The notes below the pieces were generated by a model. The model searched no databases. It was not told the DNA's origin and worked only from the letters and a program-made list of their open reading frames with translations. DNA of 64,000 nucleotides from an uncultured Verrucomicrobiae bacterium (GTDB lineage Bacteria; Verrucomicrobiota; Verrucomicrobiia; Limisphaerales; Palsa-1400): contig CAVXRD010000002.1 of the NCBI GenBank assembly GCA_963764165.1, forward strand, positions 2,208,001-2,272,000, given 5' to 3'. A program made the translations under genes and the position numbers. Of the stretch, positions 50,453-58,957 are shown piece after piece (the first letter of the stretch is position 1; the number at the start of each line of letters is the position of its first letter).

Positions 50453-51940
50453 TTAGGGAACTGCGGTGGTTGTGCCGTTGGTGTTTGGACTGATCGCAGG
50501 GCTCCAGGTGTTTATGACCGGCAGAGCGGTTCCGCCTTGCGCCATCTGCGTTTCCAGATCCTCCAAATTGATTCCCTGCGGATACACGGTCGGCTCGTTG
50601 GTCGTGCCATCGAAAGACCCCCATATGAAAATGGGATATGCGCTGTAGTTCAACCCATCCATGAATTCCGGGTTGTAGTTGTAATACTGCGGCCCCGCAT
50701 TGTTCAACACGATCAATTCCTGCGGAGCAATTGTGGCCGGCGTGGCGCCTCCGCCTTCGGAGGCATAGGGCGAGGCAATGAACGAACCGAACTTGGCCAG
50801 CTCAAAATCGGTAAAGAATGGCGTGCTCACAACCATGTTGGACGCGGCAAAGATGATGTCCGGGGCGGTTACGGTTCGCGTCACCTTCAATTTGGATAAT
50901 TGATTGTTCGTGATATACGGAATGGTGTAGGTGTAGGTAACGGGCGTGAAGGTATTTCCATAGACCGAATCGAAACCTACTCTGACGAAGGTGATTTTCT
51001 CGACGCCGCCCACCACCCCAACGAAATTGCTGATCCCTGCCGATTCGACCGTATTGCTGATAGCGTTGGTGCCGACAGGATTCCACGTCGTGCTGAGGGA
51101 CGAAGCCGATGTGTTCGTGAATACGACCGAATTGCTGTCCAATTGCTGATAGGCGAAGTTGTTTTGGCTGTAAAGATATTTCAAGCCCCCAACGTCGTCC
51201 CGAGTGTAGTTCAGATAGTAGGCGCCGATTTGCAGGTTGTTGCCCGTGGCGACGGCGGAATAGCGCAAACCTGTTGTGTCAAGCGGAAACTCGATGGCGT
51301 CACCGACATTGACCGCCGCCTGGCAGCCGTCCCAAATTATGTAGCTATACAAATGCCCGTTGACATAGTCGGAAGGGGCGGCCGTCCCCGGATCGTAATT
51401 GCGGTTGGCGACGAAGTACTCGTAATCGCAAACCGGCGGCCCTTGTTTTGTTCTTGCCGTCAAGTCGAACACATGAGTTTCGCCCAGCAACCCCATGTGC
51501 TCGGCCATAAGATAGAGAACCGTTGACTTGATATCGATCAACTGCATCGCCTGCGCGGTATAATTAATCTGTTGATCGCCATCCTTTAGAAAGCTGTTCA
51601 GATTGGCCGAGGAGGACGCAGGCAGCGCATTGAGCACCGCAAACGCGGAATTCACCGCCGCCACACCTTTGTTCCCGAAGTATTGCAAGAACGTGTTGTC
51701 AAAAGCGTAGGTGATGATCGGCGTGGTCAAGCGCGAGCCCTCACCGTAGTTTTTGGTGCCTCCGATTTCGATTCCATCCAAGCCGGGCTCCACACGCTGG
51801 TAGTAGTAGCGCGGAATACCATAATCCAAATCCGGCGTCTGCCACGGTTCGAGGGGGCCCAGCAAAGAGAATGCCTGCGCGCTATGCGCGGCGGCAATCG
51901 CCGCAGCCAACCCACAACATTTCAGTAATTTTCGCAGCAT
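50453..51940 (-). CDS. Secreted protein with a matrixin/M10-like scaffold but a degenerate zinc motif
   Basis: Signal AAAIAAAHSAQA, ITYAFD, V.SAF..LN, DIKSTVLYLMAEHMGL, YTRDDVGGLKYLY. Confidence 0.7.
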   Translation of the reverse strand: MLRKLLKCCGLAAAIAAAHSAQAFSLLGPLEPWQTPDLDYGIPRYYYQRVEPGLDGIEIGGTKNYGEGSRLTTPIITYAFDNTFLQYFGNKGVAAVNSAFAVLNALPASSSANLNSFLKDGDQQINYTAQAMQLIDIKSTVLYLMAEHMGLLGETHVFDLTARTKQGPPVCDYEYFVANRNYDPGTAAPSDYVNGHLYSYIIWDGCQAAVNVGDAIEFPLDTTGLRYSAVATGNNLQIGAYYLNYTRDDVGGLKYLYSQNNFAYQQLDSNSVVFTNTSASSLSTTWNPVGTNAISNTVESAGISNFVGVVGGVEKITFVRVGFDSVYGNTFTPVTYTYTIPYITNNQLSKLKVTRTVTAPDIIFAASNMVVSTPFFTDFELAKFGSFIASPYASEGGGATPATIAPQELIVLNNAGPQYYNYNPEFMDGLNYSAYPIFIWGSFDGTTNEPTVYPQGINLEDLETQMAQGGTALPVINTWSPAISPNTNGTTTAVP

Positions 51941-51944
51941 AATC

Positions 51945-53216
51945 TTACTGTGAGCTCAAAGTAAATGCCTGGCCATACAGGTCGAAGCCCGATTTGCCCG
52001 CCACTCCAGACGTGTTGACGAAACTGGCCCAGACGACCAGAAATTTGTTGACGCCATCCCACGCCACCGCGGGGTGGAACTGCTGGCTGATCGTCGTGGT
52101 GTTGACTTGAACTTCAGCGCCCAGCGGCGCGGTTCCAGCGCGCAGGAAGCGGCCAAAGACTCCCTCCCGCGACCCGTCCTGACCCATGCTGGTCCAAACC
52201 ACCATGCTGCCAGCGGGTCCGGCTGCGATCTTCGGGCCAAATTGATCGCCGTAAAGATACGTATTGATGCGAAAGTCAGCTCCCCGAGGCGAACCGGTGG
52301 CACTGAATGGGCGGCCCCAAATGTCCCAGCTATTTGTCGGCACCGAATCCTTCTGGGCCCAAACCACGGTGAACCCCCCATCGCTTAACGGAGCGACGTC
52401 GGGCGTATCGCAGGGAAAGGCGCCGGAGTTAATCGGGATTTCATCCGTGATGGGAACGCCACCCGGCGTAAACACGCGCGCATACACGTCAACGCTGTTA
52501 TTCGCGCGTTCTTGCTCGGAAATCCATGCAACAACAAAATCGCCATTCGCCAGGGTGGCTACGGCGGGCTTGCGCTGGTTGTATTGGGTGTATTGGTTGA
52601 CTTTGAATTCAGATTTTCCTGAAGCAGCGCCCGATTCGGTTAGTTTTCTGGCATAAACTCCCCACATGCTGCCATCCTGTCCGTCACTGGCCCACGCAAC
52701 GACCGCGCTGCCGTCGGCCAGGCCGGTGACCACAGGATCCGCCACCAGCCCCTTGGTATAGGTATTCAAGCGGACGTCGATGCCAGAGACGTTTGTGGTA
52801 TAGGCGCTTGTAGTCTTGGTAGTGGCCGCTTTTGCCACCCGTGTGTAAATTCCGGGCGTGCCTGCCACGTTGCACTGCCAAACGAAAACAGTGTTTTTGT
52901 TGGCCATCAGCTTGGCTTTGGGATTCAGCATGCTGCCGGTCGTCGCTTTATTGGCGGTAAAGGGCCTAGAGGCGAAGCCACTGCCGTCCAGCATGGCCGC
53001 GCCGATGCCGAACCCGTTTTTCATCCTCGCGTTGTCTTGCCAGGCGATAATGCCGCCGGAGGAATGAAGCGAGATGCTCGGCCACACCTGGTCCCCCGGG
53101 ATGCTGCCAGCAATGGAAAACTCTCCTCCTTGCCGAACAAGCGGAGTGCCTGCGAACACCGCGTTGGAAACAGCAAGGAAAATCCCCCCTACGAGAATCT
53201 TAGAGACGCGAAACAT
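51945..53216 (-). CDS. Secreted beta-propeller-like repeat protein
   Basis: About 6 repeats EF.VN.YT...Q..P.VA.L.DG.FVVAW.S..QDGS..GVYAR. Start placed at the signal peptide MFRVSKILVGGIFLAVSNAVFA. Confidence 0.78.
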   Translation of the reverse strand: MFRVSKILVGGIFLAVSNAVFAGTPLVRQGGEFSIAGSIPGDQVWPSISLHSSGGIIAWQDNARMKNGFGIGAAMLDGSGFASRPFTANKATTGSMLNPKAKLMANKNTVFVWQCNVAGTPGIYTRVAKAATTKTTSAYTTNVSGIDVRLNTYTKGLVADPVVTGLADGSAVVAWASDGQDGSMWGVYARKLTESGAASGKSEFKVNQYTQYNQRKPAVATLANGDFVVAWISEQERANNSVDVYARVFTPGGVPITDEIPINSGAFPCDTPDVAPLSDGGFTVVWAQKDSVPTNSWDIWGRPFSATGSPRGADFRINTYLYGDQFGPKIAAGPAGSMVVWTSMGQDGSREGVFGRFLRAGTAPLGAEVQVNTTTISQQFHPAVAWDGVNKFLVVWASFVNTSGVAGKSGFDLYGQAFTLSSQ

Positions 53217-53329
53217 TACGGATATATGATTCATTTGTTTTATCAGGACAGCCCTCCGTTGTCCAGCTATTCTTTGTTTGGTCGCAGTGTTTTGCATGGG
53301 AGTCTCAAAAGGCAACGGCTTCAAATGCA

Positions 53330-54265
53330 TCAACACGCCCCCGCCGTTTCTGGAAATAAATCATGGGCGTTGACGAGCGACGCTTCCAGCTCGCGCAGAA
53401 GCGTTTTGAAACCCCAACGGGCATATAGCGGCCGCAATGCTCCGGCATCGGCAACTTTGCAAACCAAATCCTCCATTCTAACTTCACAAGGCAACTGAGT
53501 GTTCAAACGAACCAATTGCTGGTTTCGCCGAACCAAGCTCTCCGCAGCCTGCAGATTGACCCGCAGACGGTCGGGACGCACCTCCTCGATACGCTTATAC
53601 AATAATTCAAGGGTGCCGAATTGTTGAAGCAGCGCTGTAGCAGTCTTTGTGCCAACTCCTGCCACGCCGGGAATGTTATCTACCGCATCGCCCAAAAGGC
53701 TTAGCCAGTCCACAATTTGCGTGGGATTCACGCCGGTCTTGGCAATGACTTCTTCCGCGCCCCAAAGTATATCCGTCTTGTCATTCGGATTCAGCAAGCG
53801 AATGTCGTCTGAGACTAGCTGCATGAAGTCTTTGTCGGAACTGGCAATAACCACCGGCAAACCGGCGGTGACTGCCCGTTCGGCGACCACCGCAATCAAA
53901 TCATCCGCTTCGCACCCATCCTGCATCAGAGAGAAAACGTTGGAGGCGCCGAGAAACTCCCCAATCTGATCCAATTGCGATTCCAAATCCGGCGGCATCT
54001 CTGGCCGATGAGCCTTGTATTCAACCAGAAGCTCTTTTCGATCAGCGGCCAGCCCTCCATCCCAAACAACGATTGCATGGGAAGGCTTGAGCCGCGCCTG
54101 CATCTTCGTTAACATCCGGATGAAACCATAGATGGCGTTCGTCGCCATGCCCTCAGGCGAGGAAAGCGAGCGGATCGCGAAGAAGGCCCGGTATGCGAAA
54201 GCGTGCCCATCGACGATCAGAAGTTGTCGCCGAGTTGTTGCTTCTGTTGTTGGGCTGCTTTGCAT
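53330..54265 (-). CDS. Stand-alone 5'-3' exonuclease / flap endonuclease (PolA N-terminal domain type)
   Basis: VDGH..AYRAFFA, TNAIYGF, YKAHR..MP.DL, EADDLIA, SDKDF.QL, GD.VDNIPGV.GVG.KTA. No polymerase domain. Confidence 0.92.
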   Translation of the reverse strand: MQSSPTTEATTRRQLLIVDGHAFAYRAFFAIRSLSSPEGMATNAIYGFIRMLTKMQARLKPSHAIVVWDGGLAADRKELLVEYKAHRPEMPPDLESQLDQIGEFLGASNVFSLMQDGCEADDLIAVVAERAVTAGLPVVIASSDKDFMQLVSDDIRLLNPNDKTDILWGAEEVIAKTGVNPTQIVDWLSLLGDAVDNIPGVAGVGTKTATALLQQFGTLELLYKRIEEVRPDRLRVNLQAAESLVRRNQQLVRLNTQLPCEVRMEDLVCKVADAGALRPLYARWGFKTLLRELEASLVNAHDLFPETAGAC

Positions 54266-54299
54266 TGGGGTGCGTTCATCAGTTCGCCGGGCGACACCG

Positions 54300-57089
54300 T
54301 TACGGAGCAGTTGCGGGCGGTGTCGGCACCGGTGTTACAACGGTTGCCGAGGTCGGCTGCGGCGGAATCACCGGACGACCGTAAGGAAGATCGTCGTCCG
54401 TGTGAACACGATTGCCAGCAGGGTCGATCATGGTCGGCGTCACAAAGATGAGCAGATTTTCCTTTTGGCTGTCGGAAGATTCGCTGCGGAACAGCTTTCC
54501 AAAGAAGGGCAAATCCCCGAGGACGGGAACTTTGTCCTTAACTTTGTAGATTTGCTCCTGGATCAGGCCGCCGAGCACCACCGTTTGGCCGTCCCAGACG
54601 TCGCAGGTTGTGGCCACTTCGCGAATGCGGAAGTGGGGAAGGGGCAGCTGGGCGGTAATCGGTACACCCACGGTTGAGCCGGCGGCAGCCTCGGCTTGTG
54701 GGACGAATTGGCCGGGGGGATCGTATTGCAGAAATTCCAGATAAGTCGGCAATAGCGCCATTTCAATGGAGAAGCCGTCGGCCGAGACAGTCGGGATGAC
54801 ATCCAAGCTGGGGCCCAGCGGGATGAAGGATGTGGTGTAATTCACGGAGGGAGCTGCCACGCCCGTCCCACCGGTCAATCCACCGCTGGTGGAGGTTGTT
54901 TCCTGCACTTCCGCTTGTGTGACGATGTATTGCAGATCTTGCGCAGCCATATGGGCCTGACGACCGCTTTCCGTTGTGACGCGCGGCGCCGAAAGCAAAT
55001 CGGAGCCGGTGCGGTTCTCGATCGCTTGGATGGCCACGCGGAATTGCGGATCGGTCATAATGCCGGTCAGCGTTCCCAAGGTTGGCAATGCGGTTTGCCC
55101 AGACCCGACGACGCTGTTAAGGCCTGACGTTAGCAAGTTGTCTGAACTGCTGGAAGTAACCGCTCCGGGCCCGGGCGTGTACGTTGTCGTCGTGGTCGTG
55201 CCGGTGGTGGTGGTGGTGGGAGTTCCCGGCCCAGGGAAAATACCGCTAGGATTTGCTGCCGTGCCTGCGCCTTGGTAAGAAGGCGCGGTTCCTCCTTGCA
55301 GGCCGAGCGCGCCGTGGTTGATTAAGGTGTTTCCAAGATACCACTGAAATCCGAGCCCCTTCTGGTCTTCTTGAGTCAAATCGACAAACTTCGCTTCAAC
55401 CATCACTTGAGGGGGAGTTTGATTGAGCAATTCGATGGCTTGCTGGATGATGTCCAAATCGGAAGCCGTCGCTTTGACGAGCAATTCGCCGACCCGGTCA
55501 TTGAAGAAAATCATCTTTGGCGGAGTGAGATCCACGCCGGCCGCGGTGAAATATTGACGAACCATGAGATGCGCGTTCGTCGTGCTGTTGGTGATGGTCA
55601 CGTAGGGCAACCCACCGCGGCCGCCGGGCTGGGCGCCACCGCCACCGGCGCCGCCTTGGGCTACGGGGGCAATTGTGACTTGAGAGATAGTTGCAATACT
55701 CGTCGCTCCTCCCGCGCCACCGCCGCCTTGGCCACCGCCGCCGCCACCGCCGCCGCCGCCGCCTCCACCGCCGCCACCGCCGGTGCCATTGCCAGTCGCT
55801 CCGGAGCTGCTGGTGGGAACGTTAAGGGGGCTGGAGAAGACGTTTTGCAACCCTTGAATGAACGTATTGGGATTTACTTTGAAGCGTTTCGTGTAAAGAG
55901 CCGCCGTCTCGACTGGCTTCGGCGAGAACACGATGGCATAATCCTCAATCGTGTACCGAATCGGCTTGTCCGCTACTTTAGTGATGGCGTCCAACGCGTC
56001 CGCCAAGCGGAGATGGGTGAGCTCAGGGGTGATTCGGATGATGACTTCCGAGCCGATATCCTGGGTGGTTGTGGGGACGGCGGCCGCAACGGCGCCTGCC
56101 GCCGCGCCGGTGTCCGCGGGCAAAAGGCCGCTCTGCTCCACGTTTTGGTTGATCATGAAGTTAATGCCCTCGCCGTCTGGGTCGCGGTTGGTAGTCTCCG
56201 CCCGAAGCTTGGCGAGGACTTCCTTAAGAGGGAACTCGGTAAAGGGTCCGAAGTGGTCCAAGCGCATGTTATCGAGCATCGCGATGATGCGTTGGCGGCC
56301 TTTGGTTGTGTAAGCCAGGTTTGTCGTCGCCATCTGGTTTGGCACCGGGAGATTATCGCGCTTGTCGCTCTCAACCCAGTCGCCTTCGACGTTTTGGATG
56401 CGGCTTTTCACAGTGCTCTCGCGGCGGCGGGCCTGATCCATATAGCGCGCTTCCTTGATGAGATCGAGATAGTAAGGCGCCACGCGATTGGAGGCGTCTT
56501 CCTTCATGACGGTCACCAGGATAAGCTCCGCCTCGTCATACTTGCCCATTTCGTAGAGCAATTTTGCGTTTTGGACACGGGTCGCGATATCGATCTTGGC
56601 TTTTTCCATGCCCGGAAGCCGTTTGATGACGTCCTCACTTGGCTTGCGGCCCAAATCATTGACCTGGCGCTGTTGGATTTCTGCCTTCAAGGAGAGAAGT
56701 TTCTCGTTGTTCGGATCGTATCGGAGCGCGGAGTCCACCTCGGCGAGCGCGACGGTGACGTCGCCGGCGTCGAGCGCTTGATGCGCCAGCTTGATATGCG
56801 TGGCATCCAAACCCATGACCGCCTCGCGCTTCTCCGCGTCGACGGCTGGATTGCCAACCTGCACGAACTGGATCTGGGAGACCGCATCCAAGTAATCCTT
56901 GGCGGCTTGCGCCACATCATCTCTTTTCAGCGCATCCCGCGCCTGTTCGAGCTTGAGGTGCAAGCGAATGGTTGCTTCCTGGCGGCGCACGGCTTCGTCA
57001 TTGGCAATTTCCACCGGGGTTGGTTGAGCGTGCAGCGATATGGCAAGAAGAAAGGCCAATCGCAAACTGGTTTTTGCTGCTGATGTCAT
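54300..57089 (-). CDS. Secretin (PilQ/GspD-like; Amuc_1098-type) with TPR-like N-terminus
   Basis: PQVMVEAKFV, LLSAP.VTT.SG, DGQTVVLGGLI, DKVPVLGDLPFFG.LFRS, NLLIFVTP. Confidence 0.92.
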   Translation of the reverse strand: MTSAAKTSLRLAFLLAISLHAQPTPVEIANDEAVRRQEATIRLHLKLEQARDALKRDDVAQAAKDYLDAVSQIQFVQVGNPAVDAEKREAVMGLDATHIKLAHQALDAGDVTVALAEVDSALRYDPNNEKLLSLKAEIQQRQVNDLGRKPSEDVIKRLPGMEKAKIDIATRVQNAKLLYEMGKYDEAELILVTVMKEDASNRVAPYYLDLIKEARYMDQARRRESTVKSRIQNVEGDWVESDKRDNLPVPNQMATTNLAYTTKGRQRIIAMLDNMRLDHFGPFTEFPLKEVLAKLRAETTNRDPDGEGINFMINQNVEQSGLLPADTGAAAGAVAAAVPTTTQDIGSEVIIRITPELTHLRLADALDAITKVADKPIRYTIEDYAIVFSPKPVETAALYTKRFKVNPNTFIQGLQNVFSSPLNVPTSSSGATGNGTGGGGGGGGGGGGGGGGGQGGGGAGGATSIATISQVTIAPVAQGGAGGGGAQPGGRGGLPYVTITNSTTNAHLMVRQYFTAAGVDLTPPKMIFFNDRVGELLVKATASDLDIIQQAIELLNQTPPQVMVEAKFVDLTQEDQKGLGFQWYLGNTLINHGALGLQGGTAPSYQGAGTAANPSGIFPGPGTPTTTTTGTTTTTTYTPGPGAVTSSSSDNLLTSGLNSVVGSGQTALPTLGTLTGIMTDPQFRVAIQAIENRTGSDLLSAPRVTTESGRQAHMAAQDLQYIVTQAEVQETTSTSGGLTGGTGVAAPSVNYTTSFIPLGPSLDVIPTVSADGFSIEMALLPTYLEFLQYDPPGQFVPQAEAAAGSTVGVPITAQLPLPHFRIREVATTCDVWDGQTVVLGGLIQEQIYKVKDKVPVLGDLPFFGKLFRSESSDSQKENLLIFVTPTMIDPAGNRVHTDDDLPYGRPVIPPQPTSATVVTPVPTPPATAP
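55711..55785 (-). repeat. Poly-Gly-coding GGY/GGA trinucleotide tract inside the secretin
   Basis: CCG/CCA repeats on the + strand encode a G17 run followed by QGGGGAGG. Confidence 0.9.
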
Positions 57090-57117
57090 GGCGTCGTATC
57101 GATTTAAACTGATCCCG

Positions 57118-57909
57118 CTATGGGGACTTCATCCACTTGATCTCTGTCACTTTAAGGATTCGTTTGGACTGCACTCTAACGGCATCGTTGGTGATTTCAA
57201 CAATAATATACGGCTCGCCGTCGAGCTTGATTTCGTCATTCACCTTTTTCCTGAGCAACGGAATGGTCGGATCTGGATCGTATTTCAAATCGGCCAAATA
57301 GCTTTCCACTTGTTTGTAGGGGCTGCTGGCGGAGATCCAAACGTTGCTGTCGCCGGAAGGAACCAATTCCAGATTCACATCCGTGGGAGCCTCGTCAGGG
57401 CCTTTGATTCCGCGGACAATAAACGGAAACTGGTTTGTCTTCGCTTCATTGAGCTTAAGGTGAGCTTTGATCTGGCGAGGGGCCTTGGCCTGGGTCAGAT
57501 CGACGCCTTTTTGCAATCCGATGGTAAATACTCCGCCTTCGACTTGGTCAAACGAGATGATGGTATACAGCGGAATAATATTGGTAACCACGAGCGCATC
57601 CGGGCCGATTTTGATGACCTTGAAGAGTTCGCCGCCCATCCGCCGCTTCCATGTAACCGGGTTAAAAAGATTGTGCTCGCCTGACAAAACCACCGACGGA
57701 GGGTTCGTGACTTGGGCCAGCGCCAGTGTATAGGGAGTCAGATCAACGGGCTTGATGGTCGCGGTCTTTGAGGTGGGCCCTGAAATCGGAGGAAGTGGCG
57801 GAATGAAAGCCTTTTCAGTGGCTGATTTCATCCAAAGAACCGTCCCCGCAAGGCCCAGCAGGACCACGCAAAGCACTAATTTTTCGTAATGTTTTTTGAG
57901 AAATTCCAT
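57118..57909 (-). CDS. Membrane-anchored pilus-system protein (PilP-position; Amuc_1099-like)
   Basis: MEFLKKHYEK plus a TM helix. Sits between the PilO-like gene and the secretin, with a TAATG overlap. Confidence 0.7.
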   Translation of the reverse strand: MEFLKKHYEKLVLCVVLLGLAGTVLWMKSATEKAFIPPLPPISGPTSKTATIKPVDLTPYTLALAQVTNPPSVVLSGEHNLFNPVTWKRRMGGELFKVIKIGPDALVVTNIIPLYTIISFDQVEGGVFTIGLQKGVDLTQAKAPRQIKAHLKLNEAKTNQFPFIVRGIKGPDEAPTDVNLELVPSGDSNVWISASSPYKQVESYLADLKYDPDPTIPLLRKKVNDEIKLDGEPYIIVEITNDAVRVQSKRILKVTEIKWMKSP

Positions 57910-58955
57910 TAACGGGGGGGCCTGGTTCGGGGCGTGGCGCCCGCAGCGGGGGCCGCGCGAACAACAGGTTCAGTTACTTTGAGTTTCACCACATCGATGT
58001 AAACCGTCACAAACAGCGGCGTCTCACGCAGTATGGTGACCGGGGCGGCCGCCGCCGCAGTCTCCGCTGGCGTGGGTAGTGTGGGCTGCGGCTGAAATTG
58101 CTGAGGCGGCCGAATGCCGCCACCCTTGCCGGGGCCGCGTCTTTCCCCGCCCTCGGTATAGGCCGGAGGCGTGGGCCGCCGGGGGATCGGAACTGGGGCT
58201 GGAGCAGGTGGAGGTTCAAACTCGGCGAGCTGAGGCAGGGGCGCTTTTGAGGGCGTGACATAAACCGCCTTGACGATAAAGCAATTGCTCGAGGTCGCCA
58301 CGCCCGCCAGCACGTTGGCAATTTCTGCGCTGAAGGCCCGGAACGTGACCATATAGGGAGACACGGTGCCCCATGGAGTCGAGTTGGTCTGAAATTGAAT
58401 GATGTCGGGCCCCATATCCTCGTCGCCAACCGAAGGGCGTTTGATGCCTTCCAGGAAATTGATTTTGGCCTTGTAACAAATATGCAATATGGCGCGAATT
58501 TCCTCGATTTGCTGAAGCCACGAAGCGATGTATTCCGGGCGGTAAACAAAGAGCGGGGCTTGCTGCTGGAAGCCGAAGCCGTATCCTGGGTTCAACGCCA
58601 CGCTCGCATTGGTCGCCTCCAAACCAAACTGGGAAATGGTCTTTTGAAGATAATCATGGAATTCCCGGTCATCCATTTTGGGCGGCTTCGGAAAACCGGA
58701 GAAGGGCTTGTGAAATTCCTCCAGGAACGCGCTCACGCGCTTTACGTCGTCGTTGGCGGCCTCGATGTTTGCCTGGCTGGGAGCGGGATTCTTGGTTGTT
58801 AATTGATCCAAGCTGGCCTTCTTCGTGTTGTAGGCGTCGAGGGCCGCCGCGTTATCGCTGAGGCTTGCGAAAAACAAGTATCCGCAGAAGCCAGCAAGCC
58901 CTATGGCGATGGCGACACAGATGACGAAGTAGAGATTTCTTTTAACCCACGCCAT
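57909..58955 (-). CDS. PilO-like protein (Amuc_1100-like)
   Basis: MAWVKRNLYF plus TM helix and coiled coil, FGF, Y.V.F......IA.VL, F.VK.V. Directly follows the pilM-N fusion. Confidence 0.75.
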   Translation of the reverse strand: MAWVKRNLYFVICVAIAIGLAGFCGYLFFASLSDNAAALDAYNTKKASLDQLTTKNPAPSQANIEAANDDVKRVSAFLEEFHKPFSGFPKPPKMDDREFHDYLQKTISQFGLEATNASVALNPGYGFGFQQQAPLFVYRPEYIASWLQQIEEIRAILHICYKAKINFLEGIKRPSVGDEDMGPDIIQFQTNSTPWGTVSPYMVTFRAFSAEIANVLAGVATSSNCFIVKAVYVTPSKAPLPQLAEFEPPPAPAPVPIPRRPTPPAYTEGGERRGPGKGGGIRPPQQFQPQPTLPTPAETAAAAAPVTILRETPLFVTVYIDVVKLKVTEPVVRAAPAAGATPRTRPPR

Positions 58956-58957
58956 GC

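Noticed and set aside
29053..53216. PEP-CTERM sorting of the secreted proteins, suggested by the nearby EpsI
   Set aside because: None ends in PEP plus TM helix plus basic tail.
55371..57083. Long antisense ORFs (also 14089-15432, 5996-6949, 16967-17908, 18881-19780, 49976-50899)
   Set aside because: Shadow frames of well-supported genes in GC-rich DNA, with no family motifs.
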